From NCBI RefSeq assembly GCF_001194135.2, contig NC_068996.1, positions 27,979,864-28,024,767 on the forward strand: a stretch of DNA of 44,904 nt, read 5' to 3'. Shown here one piece after another: positions 38,691 through 44,904 of the stretch (position 1 is its first letter; each line of letters begins with the position of its first letter). A program made the translations under genes and the position numbers. Source of the DNA: Octopus bimaculoides (taxonomy: Eukaryota). The notes below the pieces were generated by a model. It worked only from the letters and a program-made list of their open reading frames with translations, was not told where the DNA came from and ran no database searches.

Positions 38691-39030
38691 CGAGACATCC
38701 AAGTCGTAGATAAAAGTTGATGCCTTCACCAACATGGGCTGCAGTTCCTTCGGTCGGCAATTCCAGGTGGCTTTGTGATGTAGTCTGTGAGGAGGTAGAC
38801 ATCTCATCAGGACTGCAACTCTTGTTAGTGATGTGATCAGACAGAACCTGTTCCTCATTGTCCTCGCTGATTGGTTCAGTCTGGTTGCATTTGTGAAGGT
38901 TATCCTGGCTTCTTCGAATGGTAATGCGAAGATTCTTTTCGAAGTAAGTATTCTTCATACCGCGCAGTAGATGAACGTGGAAGTAGAGCAGTATAATCAA
39001 CGACATGATGTATAAATAAACCAAGAATAC
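38691..39030 (-). CDS. otop: Otopetrin exon (TM2, long intracellular loop, start of TM3), 340 nt, phase 0 to 1
   Basis: catttccatag|GTA TTC TTG...TGT CTC G|gtaaac. Encodes 'VFLVYLYIMSLIILLYFHVHLL...EGINFYLRLGCL' (YLY..S and FYLRLG motifs). G+CA gives Ala in frame with the 31046 exon. Confidence 0.92.
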
Positions 39031-39283
39031 CTATGGAAATGAGGAAAGATAAATTTGGAAAAGAATAAAATGGAAAAATTCAAGAAAATGAACAGAAGAG
39101 AAATAAAAATAAAAATATAGATATAAAAATGTAACAAAATAGTTAAAACAAAAATTGCAACCTTTTTGTCTTTAAATGATGATGATGAGGATGATGAGGA
39201 TGATGATAATAATTTGTTTGTGGTGAGTGGACTAGTCAATTACATCGACTCCAGTGTTTCACTGGTACTGCCAGCTCACCGCC

Positions 39284-39344
<61 letters not shown>

Positions 39345-39345
<1 letters not shown>

Positions 39346-39625
39346 GTTCTGGAAATAGAGGTAACTCGAATGTAGAGTCTAAAAACAAATAATTCCTATC
39401 ATTAGGTATGATAAAAATATTTAAACAAATTCATAACAAAAACACCAGGACTTACAAGTATATATATATAATATACAGAAAATAGCACTACTAAGCACTG
39501 CACACATCCTACGTAAAACACTTTCAATGCAATGAAAGTAAGAGGATCACAAGAAACCACAGCACATACCCAAGGCACAGAGAGCTGCGCTCGGTAGTGC
39601 AGTGAAAGCACGTGATAAAAAAATC
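39345..39625 (+). mobile_element. Very short 3' fragment of an R4/Dong-like element inserted at an (AAT)n tract
   Basis: 'KVLEIEVTRM...KTPGLTS..NIQKIALLSTAHILRKTLSMQ*' followed by a 3' UTR. An (AAT)~19 tract lies directly upstream, and a SINE family 2 body starts directly downstream. Confidence 0.8.
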
Positions 39626-40552
39626 CTTTCTACTATAGGCACAAAGCCTGAAATTTGAGGGGAGGGGACTAGTCAATTACATCAACCCCAGTGTTTCACT
39701 TTGTCAGGAGTTAATCTCCCTGAGGCCAAGATACTATAGGAGCTCTTTATCAGGGCTAAACAAACGATAACATTTCCCCCTCCATATGCTCTTTCTTCCC
39801 GCCACTTATTCTCATTCTAATACACTTTCTCATTCCTCACTCTTGTTTTTTTACAAATATTTTCTTTCGCCCCCTCTCTATCACACGCGCACCCCCATCC
39901 CCCCACACGCAGTTCCTAAAAGACCAATTTTACTCTTTCATTCCATTTTCTACTTTGCTGTCGTCACTCTTTCTTACCACAAGCCAACTTCCGTTTCCGC
40001 TTCCGCCTCTGTTCCTTATTGAACAAATTTGTACTGTGAGTTTACGCATCTAATTAAACAAAACTATGAACATTTTCTTGCTGTTTTTTCTCCGAATACG
40101 AGACATTTACTTTATACAGTTGCTGTATACATACCAAACTGTTAACAAACACCTGGTATATAACCTGATACAGACAGTTGTCTATTTCTGTAAATTAACC
40201 GCCTTGATAATTCCCATGCGAATTTTTCTTGGCTTAATTACAATTTGTCGCGCATTTAAAAAATATTTATTTAACTCTTAATTATGAAGTTGTTTCATAC
40301 ACATACACGCACACACTAAAAAAATGGCAATCTTATCTTACATGCACCATCGCTATGGAGATGGTACCAGGTTAATATCCTGAAAGAAACTATAGCGAGC
40401 ACCATAAACATAGAGGAGGGTAGGGTGGAATGGGCTTTCCCAAACAGGTTACAACCATTAATTTCACAGACTTGCTGTGTCTTCTCTGCGTTTTTTCTGC
40501 TGCAGCTGTTACAACAACAACAACAACTGCTACTGGTGCTGCCGCCGCCGCC

Positions 40553-41085
40553 GGGTGAAATTTTACAACCTCTTCAGATTAAACGTCTGTCCACTCAATG
40601 AATTCTGAAGTGACCGAAACAGGTGGAAATTTGGAGGCGCAAGATCTGGAGAATATGGAAAGTGCACCAAAGCTTCCCAGCCAAGCTTCAATAACTTCTA
40701 CTGCGTCTGCATAGAAGTTCGCGGTCTGGTATTTTCGTGATCAATGACAATACCCTTACGATTAAAAAGTACTGAACGTTTCAAATTATTTAATTTATCC
40801 AGTTGATCACAGTAATGATCCGATTTATGGTTCTGTCTATTGGAAGAAGCTCGTAAAAGACAATACTCTTCCATTATCAACAAATTAAAAATATAACCAC
40901 TTCTTCGGTTGAAGTCCTTGCTTTGGAGATTGTTTGTGGTGGTGCGCCGCGCTCGAGCCATTTTTGTTTGCGTTTCACATTGTTATAGACGACCTGTTTT
41001 TCGTACCCTGTCACCATTCTCTTAAAAAAAAAAAAAAAATTTTTTAAATCGCTTTCTTCACGTTTCTGCAACGAATCGCAGTTGT
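40553..41085 (-). mobile_element. mariner transposase catalytic-domain remnant
   Basis: 'KRMVTGYEKQVVYNN' (decayed TGDE), 'HYCDQLDKL', 'RKGIVIDHENTRP' (HDNARP-like), '[27 protein letters not shown]' (YSPDLAPSD-like). Confidence 0.88.
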
Positions 41086-41164
41086 GAAACCGTTAGCTGA
41101 AGTTAGCCTCATCAATTGATGTGTGACCCAAACATGAAACTTGCGGAGGTGACGCAGGTTGATG

Positions 41165-41215
41165 AACCCAGAACCATGTGGTTGGGAAGCAAGATTCTTA
41201 CCACACAGACACTCA
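41165..41215 (-). mobile_element. SINE family 1 head fragment
   Basis: Reverse complement of GTGTGGTAAGAA.CTTGCTTCCCAACCACATGGTTC. Confidence 0.65.
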
Positions 41216-41791
41216 TATATATNNNNNNNNNNNNNNNNNNNNNNNNNNNNNNNNNNNNNNNNNNNNNNNNNNNNNNNNNNNNNNNNNNNNNNNNNNNNNN
41301 NNNNNNNNNNNNNNNNNNNNNNNNNNNNNNNNNNNNNNNNNNNNNNNNNNNNNNNNNNNNNNNNNNNNNNNNNNNNNNNNNNNNNNNNNNNNNNNNNNNN
41401 NNNNNNNNNNNNNNNNNNNNNNNNNNNNNNNNNNNNNNNNNNNNNNNNNNNNNNNNNNNNNNNNNNNNNNNNNNNNNNNNNNNNNNNNNNNNNNNNNNNN
41501 NNNNNNNNNNNNNNNNNNNNNNNNNNNNNNNNNNNNNNNNNNNNNNNNNNNNNNNNNNNNNNNNNNNNNNNNNNNNNNNNNNNNNNNNNNNNNNNNNNNN
41601 NNNNNNNNNNNNNNNNNNNNNNNNNNNNNNNNNNNNNNNNNNNATATATATATATATATATATAATTATGTAAATAAAAATAAAGGATAAAATCGTTAAT
41701 GATTTTAACAGTGACCAGTATATAATATAAACCTATTCAGGTGAATTCATATATAGAGATTTATAATAATATAAAATACAATTATCATTAA

Positions 41792-42226
41792 GAGCATGCT
41801 GAAAATAGACGCTAAATCGTCAAACCACTGAAGATTATCACCTTTATTATACACAACGTGTTGAAATCGAGGGAGTAGGCTCACAGAATTCATAAAATAG
41901 ATAGCCTTGGATTGATCAATTTCTGGATTAGTCCAATAATTTTTCCTCATCAACAAGGCATACTTAGGAAAATAAATGAGATATTTATACATACCCACAG
42001 GTATGTCGGTATGTATATCTCATTTATTTCCTTAAGTGTGTCTTACTGATGACAAAAAGTTATTGGACTAATCCAGAAATTGATCAATCCGAGGCTATCT
42101 ATTTTATGAATTTCTGTGAGCTTACTCCCTCGATTTCAGCACGTTGTGTACTATAAAGGTGATAATCCTAAGTGGTTTGACGATTTAGCGTCTACTTTCA
42201 GCATAGACATGGTTTCTTCTATGCCC
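41792..42226. mobile_element. Foldback MITE, 435 bp, ~200-bp imperfect TIRs, TTAA flanks (Kolobok-like)
   Basis: TTAA|GAGCAT...ATGCCC|TTAA. The arm 41796-~41997 is the reverse complement of ~42010-42204, for example CTGGATTAGTCCAATAA versus TTATTGGACTAATCCAG. The left arm carries an ~18-nt deletion. Confidence 0.8.
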
Positions 42227-42535
42227 TTAATCATAATGTATTTTACACTATTATAAATCGATCTCTCTCACCCTTTCTCTTCTCTCTCCTCTCTCTCTCT
42301 CTCTCTCNNNNNNNNNNNNNNNNNNNNNNNNNNNNNNNNNNNNNNNNNNNNNNNNNNNNNNNNNNNNNNNNNNNNNNNNNNNNNNNNNNNNNNNNNNNNN
42401 NNNNNNNNNNNNNNNNNNNNNNNNNNNNNNNNNNNNNNNNNNNNNNNNNNNNNNNNNNNNNNNNNNNNNNNNNNATATATATATATATTTATATATACAT
42501 ACACACGTACGTATGTTTGTATGCATGTATGTATG

Positions 42536-42566
<31 letters not shown>

Positions 42567-43615
42567 GAAGTTCTGTATATAAACCTAGAGAAACAAATTA
42601 GAAAAATTGTTCAATGGACTGTTAAGGCTTTATAATGTTTGAACGTGAGGAATGGATGAAGACACAGAGAGGTGTTAAATGGTCTAAATAGCTGGGAACA
42701 AGATTTCTTAAATTCTTGAAAGTTATCAGTTGTAGACGGAAAAATCGCAGCAACAAACAGAAAAACAACTTTAAGCTGATAGTGTCAGCTTCAAAGGGGA
42801 AAACAGTGTTATCTTCACATATATAAGAATATACATGCGTGCATGTTTGAACGTACGTATGTATGTATGTATGTATGTATGTATGTATGTATGTATGTAT
42901 GTATGTATGTATGTATGTATGTATGTATGTTACACAGTTTCGTACCGGGCAATAACATCTATTTTGCATAGGGACACATTTTTCCCAAAGAGGTCATAGG
43001 GGTATGAGATTTTTTTTTCTGATAATTTCTATGATTCAAGCGAGGTCGCTGCTGCTGATAGTTCGAAAGTAAAAACTGCTTCGTTAAATAAATAAATACA
43101 TAAATAAATAAATAAATAAATAAATAAGAGTTTTCAGGGTCGACAGTGGAATAGTGTGTGCGGTGTGCTGACTGATGTAGCAGAATAGATAAAGAGGTTT
43201 CTAGAACAAAGTCTAAGATGCAGACGCTTTGAAGAAGAGCGAGCAAGCGAGTGAGAGACAGACAAATAGATATAGATATAGATAGATAGACAGAGAGAGA
43301 GGGAGAGGGAGAGAGAGAGAGAATGAGAGAGTGAGAGAGAGAAAGAGAGGGATGGGGAAGAGAGAAGCCTTGGTCGGAATGTTACAGCCAATAGCTTCTT
43401 CTCACCGCAAAATAACATATGTCTCTTCTGTTTTCATTCCCGTCTGTGATTCTTTGCCAACACAAATCATCACTGCCTTACCAATTTGTGGTAACAACTA
43501 TCTTTGTATTCTAACTCTGATCTTTCTTTTCGTCCTGCGTGCGCGAGCGCGTGTGAGTATGTATTTGTACATATAGTTGTGTAAATATGTGTTTGTTTGG
43601 GAGTGTGTATGTGTG

Positions 43616-43665
<50 letters not shown>

Positions 43666-43755
43666 TGAGGGTCTTATAANNNNNNNNNNNNNNNNNNNNN
43701 NNNNNNNNNNNNNNNNNNNNNNNNNNNNNNNNNNNNNNNNNNNNNNNNNNNNNNN

Positions 43756-43799
<44 letters not shown>

Positions 43800-44181
43800 T
43801 GAGGGTCTTATAAAAACCATACATTGCTAGAAATAAGAGCTAAACGCTCTAATGTTGCAGTCTTCTTGATAGGCACTCGGTAACTTGCGGGAACTTGTTT
43901 TGCCTGATGGTCATCTAGCATTCCGATTGGCTAGTTCTCTTTAGAAGTCATTATTTGTTTTGTCTCCCTGAGATCCGGTTTTGACCAGAGGAAAATTTCC
44001 TTGATTTTGACTGAGATAACGCCAGCAAATGGTGCTTCAGAAGGTATATGGTGTTATTGTATAGTAATTTGGAGTTGAAGTTACGAATCCTTGAGGAAGC
44101 CTGTTACTTAAAGTTTTCGAATTATATCAGTTGTGTCTGATATGTTTTCGTGGAAAATTTTTTTTTCTTTCTAGTCTGTTA

Positions 44182-44830
44182 TCATAAGATATTTAGTTGC
44201 AGTTTGTATTTTTTAATGAGCATGCTTTCTTTATTCAATCGGAATTGGGTTGAAGTGTTTCCAGTGCATTGGTAGGAAGGGAAAAATCTGGTATTTAGGA
44301 TTTATGTTTGTGGGGTATTGATCTGTTTGCTCACGGGAATTTTCCTGGTCGTGGGGTCCCGGATCTATTGCCTGTGTGCCGTCAGTCTATCCCTCAAAGT
44401 CAAGTTAGGTTGACCTATGTAGTTCTCATCACACCTACCACTAATGAGAACATAAATTAAGTTTTACGATGTACAGCTGAAGTGATCTTTTATGATGAAT
44501 ATTTGACCTGACTTGAATTCATATATTGAACCTTCCATTAGGCTGATGCAGGTCCAGTTAGGGCGGTTGCATTTTTTAACTAGTGGAGTTGTATTTTTGG
44601 TGGGCAATTTGGTGCTGGTAAGTAACCTTTTTAGGGATTTGAGTTTTCTTTTACTGTTAAATTTTTTGTGTTTCGAGTGTTTTTTCAGGAGGGTATATTT
44701 TGATGGATAATGTCGTATGATTCCATGTTCCTTGGATTGCGTGTTGATACGTAAGACAAAGTTTTAAGCGTGTCTTGTTTTGCGTAATTTTTGGATGTCT
44801 ATCGTTTTTTCACCTTTTCTTCCATTTTTT
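44182..44830 (-). mobile_element. Penelope-like element, C-terminal GIY-YIG endonuclease remnant
   Basis: 'LSYVSTRNPRN', 'KKCNRPN..C', 'FSCTS*NLIYVLISGRCDENYIGQ..LTLRDRLTAHRQ', 'RLNKESMLIKKYKLQLN'. In-frame stops are present. Confidence 0.8.
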
Positions 44831-44904
44831 TAATTAAACTAACCGGATATTTTCTATCATCGTTTCCATCGCAGTCCCAGACAAACACACACACACAGCA
44901 CATA

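Noticed and set aside
40342-40570. Minus-strand Gly/Cys-rich open frame (PGGGGSTSSSCCCCC...) as the otopetrin first exon
   Set aside because: It comes from GGC/TGT simple repeats next to a mariner remnant, ends in phase 1 (the next exon needs phase 0), and has no TM1 motif.
43660-43812. ATATGGCTGAGGGTCTTATAA repeated on both sides of an N gap
   Set aside because: It is most likely overlapping contig ends left unmerged at a (TA)n tract.
1-44904. CRISPR array, rRNA or prokaryotic/viral system
   Set aside because: There are no regularly spaced repeat-spacer arrays, operons or rRNA-like sequence. The DNA is intron-containing animal genomic sequence.

Overview
AT-rich, microsatellite-dense animal genomic DNA with many N gaps. 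The SINE families and repeat landscape suggest a coleoid cephalopod, probably Octopus (inference). One host gene is supported: a minus-strand otopetrin (Otop proton-channel family). Four exons (39030-38691, 31046-30886, 19965-19800, 16961-16051) have canonical GT-AG sites and matching phases, and splice into 525 aa covering about TM2 to the C-terminus. No canonical TM1 exon was found. The protein has two unusual substitutions at normally conserved positions: TM6 'IEYSL' reads 'IMYSL' and TM12 'FYR' reads 'FIR'. The rest is decayed transposable elements: R4/Dong-like non-LTR fragments, mostly next to (AAT)n tracts; a FLYWCH/MULE element with a 9-bp TSD nested in one of them; mariner, AcademX-like and Penelope GIY-YIG remnants; a Kolobok-like foldback MITE; a probable solo LTR; and tRNA-derived SINEs. 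A minimal hammerhead ribozyme motif lies in an intron. Most ORFs in the supplied track are microsatellite or N-gap artefacts. All calls were made by eye with no database searches.
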